A stretch of 63,626 nucleotides of DNA, filler included, from Chiloscyllium plagiosum (lineage: Eukaryota), in assembly GCF_004010195.1 (NCBI RefSeq). It is 4 parts of one record of this genome, joined end to end, with 100 filler letters (N's around TTAATTAATTAA, not from the genome) between each part and the next. Parts side by side here need not be neighbours in the genome. Positions count along the whole stretch, not along the records: positions 1 to 25,061 come from NC_057710.1; 3 more parts are not named here. One strand, 5' to 3'. Position numbers and translations under genes: made by a program. This document shows, piece by piece, positions 1 to 10,110 of this stretch. Under the pieces are notes generated by a model. It did no database searches. It was not told where the DNA came from and saw nothing but the letters and a program-made list of their open reading frames with translations. Position 1 is the stretch's first letter, and every line of letters starts with the position of its first letter.

Positions 1-118
1 CCCAGTCTCCCCAATGTAGAGGAGACCACATCGGGAGCAACGGATACAATAAATGATATTAGTGGATGTGCAGTTAAAATTTTGATGGATGTGGAAGGCT
101 CCTTTAGGGCCTTGGATC
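1..118 (-). mobile_element. Penelope-like element GIY-YIG endonuclease fragment (runs off window start)
   Basis: Minus strand translates IQGPKGAFHIHQNFNCTSTNIIYCIRCSRCGLLYIGETG, the Cys-containing GIY-YIG motif (IY..C..C...YIGET) typical of PLEs. Confidence 0.85.
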
Positions 119-885
119 TCCTCCCTGTGCTACCTTCTTCACAGCCTCCCTACATTCTTGGACATCCTGACAAACAGCTAGCCTACTTGCTGGACTACAA
201 GTCCGGATCCCATCCCCCTGCCAAATTAGTTTAAACCCCCCCGAAGAGTGCTAGCAAACAGTGGCACCACATTAGCCAACCTCCAGTCTTCTGGCACCTC
301 ACCTGTGACTATCGATGATACAAATATCTCAGTAAGAGGCCCAGCAATCACTTCCCTAGCTTCCCACAGAGTTCTAGGGTACACCTGATCAGGTCTTGGG
401 GATTTATCCACTTTTATGTGTTCAAGACATTCAGCACTTCCTCCTCTGTAACATGGACATTTTTCAAGATGTCACCATCTATTTCCCTACATTCCATATC
501 TTCCATGTCCTTTTCCACAGTAAATACAGTTGCAAAATACTCGTTTAGTATCTCCCCCAATCCTTTGTGGCTCCACACAAAGGCCGCCTTGCTGATCTTT
601 GAGGGGCCCTATTCTCTCCCTAGTTACCCATTTGTCCTTAATGTATTTGTAAAAACCCTTTGGATTCTCCTTAACTCTATTTGCCAAAGCTATCTCATGT
701 CCCATTTTTGCCCTCCTGATTCCTATCTTAAATATACTCCTACTGCCTTTACACTCTTCTAAGGATTCACTCGATCTATCCTGCCTATTCCTGACATATG
801 CTTCCTTCTTTTATTAACCAAACCCTCAATTTCTTTCGTCATCCAGCATTGCCTATACCTACCGGCCTTTCCTTTCACCCTAACT
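119..885 (-). mobile_element. CR1 LINE fragments (ORF2 tether/RT N-part joined to ORF1 end and inter-ORF region)
   Basis: ORFs 487-705 (KENPKGFYKYIK..RERIGPL) and 226-411 (DKSPRPDQVYPRTL..VPEDWRLANVVPLF) are CR1 ORF2 motifs; GGLN* plus GGCAGGGGGATGGG resembles a CR1 ORF1 end. Confidence 0.85.
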
Positions 886-1094
886 CTCATCGATGAGGAT
901 CACAGCGTCATCATACCGGCTGCCCTCTTGTCATTAATTGTTCAGTGAGTTCAGGTTAGTCAGCTAAGAGAGGGGCTTTTGTCCCATCTGGAAAGGAAGT
1001 CATGCCTCTGACTGCTGCCAGTCATTCAGGTGGCTGGCATCTCTGTACGTCCAATGATGCCATGTTCAAACACCAGACACCACATAAAACATTG

Positions 1095-1600
1095 ATTAAA
1101 CTACACCTCGAGTATTGTTTGCAGTTCTGGAATACACATTAGAGGAGGACTGAGATTGCACGAGAGAGAGTGCACAGGAAATTTACCAGGGTGTTGCCTG
1201 GGCTGGAGAGGTTTAATTATGAAGAGAGAGTGGACAGATGAGGTTGCTTGTCTAGGAGCAGAGGAGATTAAGGGTGTGATTGAGATGTATAAATTTATAA
1301 TGGGCATATTTACGACAGGCAGGAAGAAACTCTTCCCCTTGATGGAGGGTTCAATGACCAGAAGCGTAAATTTACGGTAACAGGCAGGAGGTTTAGAGAA
1401 GATGTGAGGAGAAGCTTTTTCACTCTGAGTATGGTGGGAATCTGGAACTCGCTGTTTGTAAAGAAGAAACCCTCACAGCATTTAAGAAGTAATTCAATAT
1501 GCAGGTGTGACACCAAGGTGTACAAGGCCAACTGCTGGGAAATGGAATGAAAACAGTTCGGAGGTTTGTTTTTGACTGATATGGACACAATCAGCTGAAG
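1095..1600 (+). mobile_element. Old CR1 LINE 3' end
   Basis: Degenerate RPHLEYC.QFW / IEMYK / FFTLR.V..WNSL-type motifs. Confidence 0.7.
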
Positions 1601-1984
1601 CGCATTTTTCTTTTAATTATTGATGTGTGGGAGGTGGGCATCACTGGCTGGGCTGGGCCAGATTCATTGCACCTCTCTCGTTACCCTTGAGAAGGTGGTG
1701 GTGAGCTGCCTTCTTAAACTGCTGCAGTCCATCTTCTGTAAGGCGGCCCTCAATGTCTTTGGGGAGGGAATTCCAGGATTTTGACCCAGTGACAATGAAA
1801 GAGCGGTGAAACATTTCTATGTCAAGATGGTGAGTTGCTTGGAAGGGTACTTGTAAATGGTGGTGTTCCAGTGTTATCTGCTGCTCTCGTCCTTTGAGAT
1901 AGAAATGGTCGTGGCCTGGAAAGTGCTGTCACAGCCTCTTTGGTGTATTTCTCAACTGTAGAGCTCTATGACTCTGACTGCTGT

Positions 1985-2885
1985 GACTACAAGCAAGCAT
2001 ATCGAGTCTGTTCTGCTATTCAATCATGGCTGATATGTTTTCGAACTCATTCTCCTGCCTCCTCCTATTGATCTAATTTTCTTTCTCTGTCTTAAATAAA
2101 CTCAACAACTTGGCTTCCACAGCCTTCTGTGGCAATGAATTCCACAGATTCACCGTCCTCTGGCTAAAGGTATTCTTCCTCATCTCAGTTGTAAACATTC
2201 CTGGTTTCACTCTAATGCTTTGTCATTTTGTCCTAGACTCTCCTACTGGTGAAAGCATGTTCTTCATACTCATTTTATGCAGGCCTCTCAGTATTCTGTA
2301 AGTTCTAACAAGTTCCCCCCTCATCCTTCTGGACACTAGCGAGTACAGATCCAGAGTACTCATTCAACAAGACCTTCATCTCCAGGATCATTCTTCAGAA
2401 CATCCTGTGGACCCATTCCAAGGCCAGCACATTTGTCCTTAGGTACACAGTCCAAAACGGCTCACAACATTACAAATATTGTCTGACCGGAGCCTGTTAC
2501 ATATCTGCTCTTGTATTCCAGCCCTCTTGAAATGAATGCTAGCATTGCCTTTGCCTTCCTAACTGCCAATTAAACCTGCATGCTAACCTGAAGAGAATCT
2601 TGAACCAGATCATCTTGGTCCCTTTGTGCTTCAGATTTCCGAACACTTCTCCCATTTAGAAAATAGTCTGCATCTCTATTTTCCAACCAAAGTGTACCCA
2701 CACTGTACTCCATCTGTCACTTTTTTGCCCTCTCTACTAGCCTGTCCAAGTCCTTCTGTTGCCTCCTTGCTTTAGGGCCCCTTTATCTCCATTCCCTGTT
2801 TTCTGCCAGTCAGCCAATTCTCTAACCACACCAGTACCTTGTCCCGAACATCATGAGCTCTTCCCTTACTTCGCAGCTTGGTGTG
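1985..2885 (-). mobile_element. Old CR1 LINE 3' region
   Basis: Reverse-complement CR1 C-terminal motifs (VNLWNSL, EYCV.FW-like) and 3' UTR. Confidence 0.65.
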
Positions 2886-2911
2886 CAGTGGGTTGACTTT
2901 GTGGGTTGGTG

Positions 2912-3136
2912 TTTAGATCAGAGTGGTGCTGGAAAAGCACAGCAGGTCAGGCATCATCCGAGGAGCAGAAAAATCGACGTTGCGGGCAAAAGCCCTTCAT
3001 CAGGAATAGAGCTCTATTTCTGATGAAGGGCTTTTGCCCGAAACGTTAATTTTTCCTGCTTCTCGGATGCTGCCTGACCTGCTGTGCTTTTCCAGCATCA
3101 CTCTGACCTAAACTCTGGTTTCCAGATTCTGCAGTC
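2912..3136. mobile_element. Palindromic mini-Penelope insertion with 15-bp TSD
   Basis: Arms 2911-3011 and 3012-3113 are inverted repeats centred on GAGCTC; flanked by CTTTGTGGGTTGGTG at 2897-2911 and 3137-3151. Confidence 0.85.
3020..3047 (+). ncRNA. Minimal hammerhead ribozyme core (PLE type)
   Basis: CTGATGA-A-GGGC-TTTT-GCCC-GAAA-CGTT: conserved core boxes and a perfect stem II. Confidence 0.65.
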
Positions 3137-3312
3137 CTTTGTGGGTTGGTGCTTCAATTGAGCACAGAGGATTCCCAAAGAATGTTTCGAATCACCAGCT
3201 GCCATGAAATAATAAGTATGAAAAGCTGCTGAGGTACCTGGTCGCACGGACCTCCATCTGCCGAGGGTAAAGTAGCAGCAGGAGTCAGGAAAGGCACGTA
3301 ATTGGTCATTAA

Positions 3313-3366
3313 TCACCCATATACAAGCTCAAGAGTCCGAAAGAAAGGCAGGCCACCAAAGACATC
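3313..3366 (-). CDS. Candidate (possibly terminal) exon of unidentified gene: DVFGGLPFFRTLELVYG*
   Basis: Acceptor ctctcattttgtag|GAT; phase 0 is compatible with the candidate exon at 7972-8140; no homology recognised. Confidence 0.3.
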   Translation of the reverse strand, partial: DVFGGLPFFRTLELVYG

Positions 3367-4148
3367 CTACAAAATGAGAGATTACTTGAGATGTATGGAT
3401 AGGCAACAGGCATTCAATACTGCAATTTAGGAATGCTGCTGACTTCATAACCCATTTGCAAGGAATCATAAAATAAAATATTCCAACTGGATGGCACAAG
3501 TGTAATCTCAAATACTTTCAACAAAGGAAGGCATATGATGCCCGATGCCAAAACCGTGGCATATTGGTACTTTCAACATGAATCAATGTCAAGAGAATTC
3601 TGCTGTTGTGCTGCAATTGCTTGGCGTTTTTAGCTTTATTTAATAAACAAAAGCTTTTCTTTCCAATAACTCCAAAGGTGAATGGTATTAAATGCTGCTC
3701 TGCATGATCCAGTATGAAGTTTGTTCAAATGCAAGCAAAACATTTGACTTATGCAGAAAAAAATACAAACAAATTGTGGGAACTAAATAACTTGCAGTTC
3801 CCATGCACATCTGTGTGCCCTTACATACAGGAAATATAGCTTGGAGCCGGTTTTCTCTGAAATACTGTTTTGGATCTGTTTGATATGGAAAATCACAACT
3901 TACACAAAAAGAAACACAGGGAAGATGGTTCTGTTTACCATGTGCTCTGTCACTGTAACTATATTCAGGAAGATTTTCTTTAATGATCTGGTTGCTATGT
4001 TGCTATGTGCATGTAATTTTTTTATCACAGTCACTGCACTTCAACAATGAATTGAAAGTGCTGCTCTTTCATAGAATCCCTACAGTGTGGAAGCAGACCA
4101 TTCGGCCCATTGAGTCTCCACTGACCCACTGAACAGTATCCCACCCAG

Positions 4149-5225
4149 GTAAAAACAATGACTGCAGATGCTGGAAACCAGATTTTGGATTAGTGGTGCT
4201 AGAAGAGCACAGCAGTTCAGGCAGCATCCAAAGAGCAGTAAAATCGACGTCCGGGCAAAGCCCTTCATCAGGAATAAAGGCAGAGAGCCTGGAGCGTGGA
4301 GAGATGAGCTAGAGGAGTGTGGGGGTGGGGCGAAAGTAGCATAGAGTACAACAGGTGAGTGGGGGAGGGGATGAAGGTGATAGGTCAGGGAGGAGAGGTG
4401 AGGGAGGAGGTGTGGGCGCTGGTTTTACAGTTCCTGCGGTGGCAGGGGAAAGTGCCAGGATGGGGGGGTGGGTCGTAGGGGGGCGTGGACCTGACCAGGT
4501 AGTCACGGGGGGAACGGTCTTTGCGGAAGGCGGAGAGGGGTGGGGAGGGAAATATATCCCTGGTGGTGGGGTCTGTTTGGAGGCGGAGAGGGGTGGGGAG
4601 GGAAATATATCCCTGGTGGTGGGGTCTGTTTGGAGGCGGAGAGGGGTGGGGAGGGAAATATATCCCTGGTGGTGGGGTCTGTTTGGAGGCGGAGAGGGGT
4701 GGGGAGGGAAATATATCCCTGGTGGTGGGGTCTGTTTGGAGGCGGAGAGGGGTGGGGAGGGAAATATATCCCTGGTGGTGGGGTCTGTTTGGAGGCGGAG
4801 AGGGGTGGGGAGGGAAATATATCCCTGGTGGTGGGGTCTGTTTGGAGGTGATGGAAATATCGGCGGATGATTTGGTTTACGTGAAGGTTGGTAGGGTGGA
4901 AGGTGAGCACTGGGGCGTTCTGTCCTTGTTACAGTTGGAGGGGTGGGGTCTGAGGGTGGAGGTGTGGGATGTGGAGGAGATGCGTTGGAGGGCATCTTTA
5001 ACCACGTGGGAAGGGAAATTGCGGTCTCTAAAGAAGGAGGCCATCTGGTGTGTTCTGTGGTGGAACTGGTCCTCCTGGGAGCAGATACGACAGAGGCCGA
5101 GGAATTGGGAATATGGGATGGCATTTTTGCAAGAGGTAGAGTGGGAAGAGCTTTTACCCAAAACGTCGATTTTACTGCTCCTCGGATGCTGCCTGAACTG
5201 CTGTGCTCTTCCAGCACCACTAATC
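4149..5225 (-). mobile_element. Truncated Penelope-like element with inverted terminal segment and 15-bp TSD
   Basis: RT-thumb motif SCKNAIPYSQFLGLCRICSQ (ORF 4877-5275); terminal 4187-4265 is inverted at 5151-5227; TSD CAGTATCCCACCCAG at 4134-4148 and 5226-5240. Confidence 0.9.
4528..4848. repeat. 53-bp G-rich tandem repeat, about 6 near-perfect copies
   Basis: Unit AGGCGGAGAGGGGTGGGGAGGGAAATATATCCCTGGTGGTGGGGTCTGTTTGG; period 53 read directly. Confidence 0.95.
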
Positions 5226-5489
5226 CAGTATCCCACCCAGACCCATCCCCCTACCCTATCCCTGAAACCCCACATTTCCCATGTCTAATCTGCCTAGCCT
5301 GCACATCCCTGAACTCTATGGGCAGTTTAGTATGGTCAATTCATCTAACCTTTGGAAAATATGAGGAAACTGGAGCACCGGAGGAAACCCACGCAGACAC
5401 GGGGAGAATATGCAAACTCCACACAGACATTCGCCCGAGGCTGCAATCAAACCCGGGTCCCTGACGCTGTGAGGCAGCAGTGCTAACTA

Positions 5490-5624
5490 CTGAGCGACTG
5501 TGCCGTCCTTTGAGCCAAGGTGCCACTCCATGACCACCGTGCCACCGCGTGAACCAAGGTGCCATCCCGTGAGGCACTGCGCCATCCCATGAGCCACCGA
5601 GCCACCCCGTGAGTCACCGTGAGG
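5490..5624. repeat. ~20-bp degenerate tandem repeat derived from the SINE 5' head
   Basis: Repeated GTGAGCCACCGTGCCACCCC-like units continuing from the HE1 5' end. Confidence 0.7.
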
Positions 5625-5779
5625 CTGCGTTCTGATTTTGCAGTTAAATATTTTAATCAAACTATATGTTTTCTTTGTTTTATAGTTTCTTTTAATAAGG
5701 AACAGACAATTCCTGGGAGCCAATCCGAGAACCAGTTAGAATAAGCAGCTTCTTTCCGAAGTGCTTAAAAACAGAGTCA

Positions 5780-6320
5780 CTAAATGAGTCGCAGGTCGGA
5801 GCCCGGAGCAGGAGCAGACTGAGTGTGGGATGGAGCCTGGAGCGGGAGCAGACTGAGTGTGGGATGGAGCCCGGAGCGGGATCAGACTGAGTGTGGGATG
5901 GAGCCCGGAGCGGGTGCAGACTGAGTGTGGGATGGAGCCCGGAGTGGGAACAGTGTGAGCGTGGACTGAGCTGCGAGCTAAATGACAGGCCGGGGTGACG
6001 AGTCCTGGAAGCGAGTCGGGGAGAGAGGCCAGCGGGTGGAAGCAGCGAGGCGTTGTTTCTGAAGGCTGGCGGGCAGAGTCTCAGTGAGAAAGGGCTACAG
6101 CTTGAGTACTTTAAAGATACTTCTTAATTATCATTCTGGAATATTTAAATTCTGTATTCCCATGCAAGTCATTTTTTTTACTATTTCAATTCTGAAATAA
6201 CACTTAAAGTATCTGTAAATAGGTACCCTGTACCTAAGATGGCGCTGAGTGGTGACATTACAAACTTTTTGCTGCACTCATTTGAGTGCAAGTGGCAATA
6301 AAGGCTATTCTAAATTCTAA
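5780..6320 (+). mobile_element. Non-autonomous retroposon: internal minisatellite plus AATAAA/(TTCTA)n tail (5' boundary approximate)
   Basis: Its 3' ~100 bp matches the reverse complement of 62150-62270. Confidence 0.6.
5798..5953. repeat. 34-bp minisatellite, about 4.5 copies
   Basis: Unit GGAGCCCGGAGCGGGAGCAGACTGAGTGTGGGAT. Confidence 0.95.
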
Positions 6321-7971
6321 TGGACTCAACACAAACCCTATTCTCAAGTCTCTTTGATCCCTAGTTAAGGCCAAACCAGACAGTTTGAGGCTGGCATCCT
6401 GTGTGACTTTCAGCTCAGCTTCCATTCCTATATCCTCTCGAACACAGAAGTGCTTATTTCTATCTATGAAAGAGCTATCCACCTCCTCCCTTAGCTTAAT
6501 GCAGCTCCAATCATCATCCACATCTTAGTAACAGTCAAGTTTAGAGGTTTCCATGTTCTACTAGTTTGGCACTCCATCATTATCTCCTAAACAGCACTTC
6601 TAAAAATTGTTTGCTTGTATCCTAAATTTCATAAAATCTGACACAATTCCAATTGTTTAAGCAGCACTCTTTAGCTTTTGAATAAATTCAGTGCAGTCAA
6701 TTATCTGAGGTTGTATAAGACTGAGATTTCCGCCCACACGAGACTATTTCCAAACGACTTCTGGCTCCGCCAGAGGAGCCTGTTTGTGCAGCAAAATACC
6801 TGCTTTCCGTCAGTGTTTATAGCAGAAGTGGCTAAGGTAAATGTTATGGGTTTTTGATCAAGTTGCTTCACAAAGATTATTTCAGAAATTTGATCCATTT
6901 AGGAGATTACAAAACTCCAACACCTTTTGCTCACAGAACAAACACTAGTTGAGTCAATTAAACTCACAAGAGCCAAAAAACAAGAATTGTTATCACTTCC
7001 AAAGAAAATGAGTCATCCATGTGTCATCAATTCTTTCAAAAGACAACAAACTGTCCTTGAAAACAGATATCATACTTGATGGCACATGGTGGCAAAATAC
7101 AGAAACAGATCTCATGATTCAAGTCACATCATCACAATATCATATTTATATTTGTATCCTAAAGGTTTGGTTTGCATATGACATGTGCCATCGTGATGAA
7201 TCACATGCTTAACCAACTCATATTGGAAATACTGCCTTTGAAGACAGAATATACTAGGAAAAGGCTAAAACATATTCTTTGGTGCACATCCTTTGCTCCA
7301 GGAACTAGACAGATCGAAGCCATCTTAGTTTTAAAATATCAAATGCACTGTCTGAAATTGAGCCTCTGTTTCAGAACTCAAAGCACTGCACAAAGTGTTT
7401 ACTGAGACACTTAAAGATGTATTGATCATTTAAGGAAGAAAGAAAATTATTTCAATAAATTTAACTCTGCCAGATTAACAGAAGAATTCAGACATTATTG
7501 TTAAGTTACTCCATTGTCTGCATCAAAGGAGAATTCAACAAATCTTGCTGCTTGTAACTTTATTTGTGCTTTGCAACAACGTATTTATTTAGTAATGAAT
7601 TGTGATACCGTCCATTATGATATTTCCATCAGTGTCTTTCTAAATAAGCTTGACTTCAGAGTTTCCATTCAAACATATTGTTATTGCGATCCTGCTGTTC
7701 ATGCCATTGCAACTGTAGTTGGTTGTGAAATCACAGTGGGTTCCATCTGTCAACCATCACCTTTACTGTCATTGAACATCCTGTTCTACAATTAGTAAAT
7801 CTCTGACAGGCAGCAGCATGTGTTGTTTTAAAGTGGCATTGTCATCCAGGTTAAAAATAACAACGTTGCTAAATGACTATAATTGTGAGGGTATGGCATC
7901 TCTCATTGATACTTTCTATAACCCTTTTCAAATTGAGTGGTCTTCCCTTACAACTATTATAATATACTCAC

Positions 7972-8140
7972 TCTGACCGCCATTGTTCCTCCCGCTATAT
8001 CCAACTCAACTTTGCACCAAGTGGAAATTATTCCCAATTTTCTGGAGTTTTCTGTCATATTTTTAACAAATACAATAGATCGCTCTGGGTTATGATTCAA
8101 CATGTGCAGCAGCCTCTTAATGTCTTCACAAATGACCTTC
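7972..8140 (-). CDS. Candidate internal coding exon of unidentified gene: (R)KVICEDIKRLLHMLNHNPERSIVFVKNMTENSRKLGIISTWCKVELDIAGGTMAVR
   Basis: 169 nt; acceptor cacacttgttcag|G; donor AGA|gtgagt; only one frame open; lies in unique non-repeat sequence. Confidence 0.5.
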
Positions 8141-9050
8141 CTGAACAAGTGTGAGCTGGTTATTTGACTGGGGCAGCACCACAGTCAAGCCATGATCTTG
8201 TTTTCATTCAACCTTCGCACACATTTTCCTGCAGGAATTACTGGACCAGATCTTGCTATTACAATCTTGGCAAAGCTAAATCTACTTGCCATTATTTATG
8301 CACAAATGGTAGAGTTCGGGATAAGTATGGGGTTGAAGGTGACGGATCTAAAGTTGCTCCATGTATTGCAATGTTCCACAATTAGTTTCATCAAAACAGC
8401 AGTGGGCTAACCAACTATTGAATGGTGATGCATTGCTGTATTTGTGTTGTCGTTAGAAAACAACTTGCCACAGAACGTTGTAATTTCAAGTCTATATACA
8501 CTTTAAAATGCATAATGTGTGAACTACAGTCAACCTAACTCTCTAACACTGCAAAGTACTTATTATTAGTATGATACTTCATTCTTCAGGTTACAAATGC
8601 TGGAAATTAAAATGCTCGCTGGAGATTTAAATGCTGGATTTAAAATTTGTCAAATATTAAGTATAATTTTATTTAAACCTTTTAATTTTATTGTCTTTTC
8701 AATCTACTTTCTGCCTTATCTATTTCTCTTCCTCTCCATTCATTTGATGCACTGTTTATTTCATACCCTGTTTGAGATTCATTATCAGTCCATTCATAAC
8801 CTTCCAAACGGATCGATTAAGGAGATAAACATTTGGTTTTCCGGTTCACTCCTCTACTAGATCTGAGTTCCATGAGGGCACTACTATCAGCTCTCACTTT
8901 CAACAAACATGTAAAAATCTAAATGTATATTGATACAACTAACAAGGTGTTCTACTTTAGTAAAATTTGGTCTAATGAAGTTGGAATACAGGCCAATTTT
9001 TCCTGTACCCTAGTTTGCTTCCCTTCTTGTTAATGGAAGTACATAATTAT

Positions 9051-9361
9051 TAGATTAGATTACTTACAGTGTGGAAACAGGCCCTTCGGCCCAACAAGTC
9101 CACACCGACCCGCCGAAGCGCAACCCACCCATACCCCTACATTTACCCCTTACCTAACACTACGGGCAATTTAGCATGGCCAATTCACCTGACCTACACA
9201 TCTTTGGACTGTGGGAGGAAACTGGAGCACCCGGAGGAAACCCACGCAGACACGGGGAGAACGTGCAAACTCCACACAGTCAGTCGCCTGAGGCGGGAAT
9301 TGAACCCGGGTCTCGGGCGCTGTGAGGCAGCAGTGCTAGCTACTGTGCCACCATGCCGCCC
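9051..9361 (-). mobile_element. Young full-length HE1-type V-SINE
   Basis: tRNA head with A/B boxes, V-domain (GTGTGGAGTTTGCAC...GGGTTTCCTCCGGGTGCTCC), CR1-like tail and (ATCTA)n. Confidence 0.95.
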
Positions 9362-9769
9362 ACATTATGTAAAACAAAGGCAGGGAAATGTTATCACAGC
9401 TTCCCCTACACCCCCATCAACACAACCACCCCCTCTGCAGTAACATAAAGCGCTCAATGAGCTTCTACCAAAGTTATGTAGGTTGTGCCATGAAAGTTTG
9501 AGCCAAATCAGCTCCACAGTAATTTGACAAACCAATAGGTGATGATTCTAAATTCTTGGGTCTGAGGGGAAAATTCCATACTGAAGTAAACTTGCAACTC
9601 AGCGGAGTGTCGATATGTACTTCATGGGAAAGTTGGAGAATTTCATGCAGAGTACCTTGGGTCAGTCCAAGGTCCATTCATTCTCAGCTCTACTCATGAT
9701 GGAATATCCAGTTCTGGGTTTAAACCCGTCTTTAGTGTCACATTTCAGGATCTTCTCAATTTTATTTTC

Positions 9770-10110
9770 TTTTTGCTTTCGCAGGATTGCTGGCATGCCC
9801 AGCATTCATTGCCCACACTAACTTCCCTTGTACTGAGTGGCTTGCTCAGCCATTTCAGAGGGGCAATTAAAAGTTAACCAGATTGTTTGGGTCTAGAGTC
9901 ACATGTAGGCCTGACCAAGAGAGGATGACAGATTTCTTTCCCTAAAGGACATAAGGTGGGTTATTATTGTAATTGATGATAGTTTTACGGTCACTGTCAC
10001 TGAAAATAGCTTTATATTCCAGGTTTGTTCATTGAAATGAAAATCGACTAGCTACCATGGTGGCATTAAACCTATGTCCCAGAGCATTACCCTGAGCAAC
10101 TGCATCACCA
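9770..10110 (-). mobile_element. Old tRNA-derived SINE (second shark family)
   Basis: Similar in reverse to 12090-12297 (ATGTCCTTTAGGGAAAGAAATCTG...ATGTGACTC core and tail). Confidence 0.55.

Larger units (their letters stand above)
4070..5508 (-). mobile_element. HE1-type V-SINE split by a nested Penelope insertion
   Basis: 3' part 4070-4148 and body/tRNA head 5226-5508 match the other HE1 copies in the window. Confidence 0.85.

Noticed and set aside
4309..5288. Long overlapping Pro-rich and Gly-rich ORFs (303, 255 and 171 aa)
   Set aside because: Produced by the 53-bp tandem array within a decayed Penelope element
4528..5953. Regular repeats as a possible CRISPR array
   Set aside because: Head-to-tail tandem units with no unique spacers, no cas genes, and a eukaryotic context
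9290..9361. tRNA-like A/B boxes as tRNA genes
   Set aside because: They are SINE heads; no cloverleaf or Pol III terminator is evident
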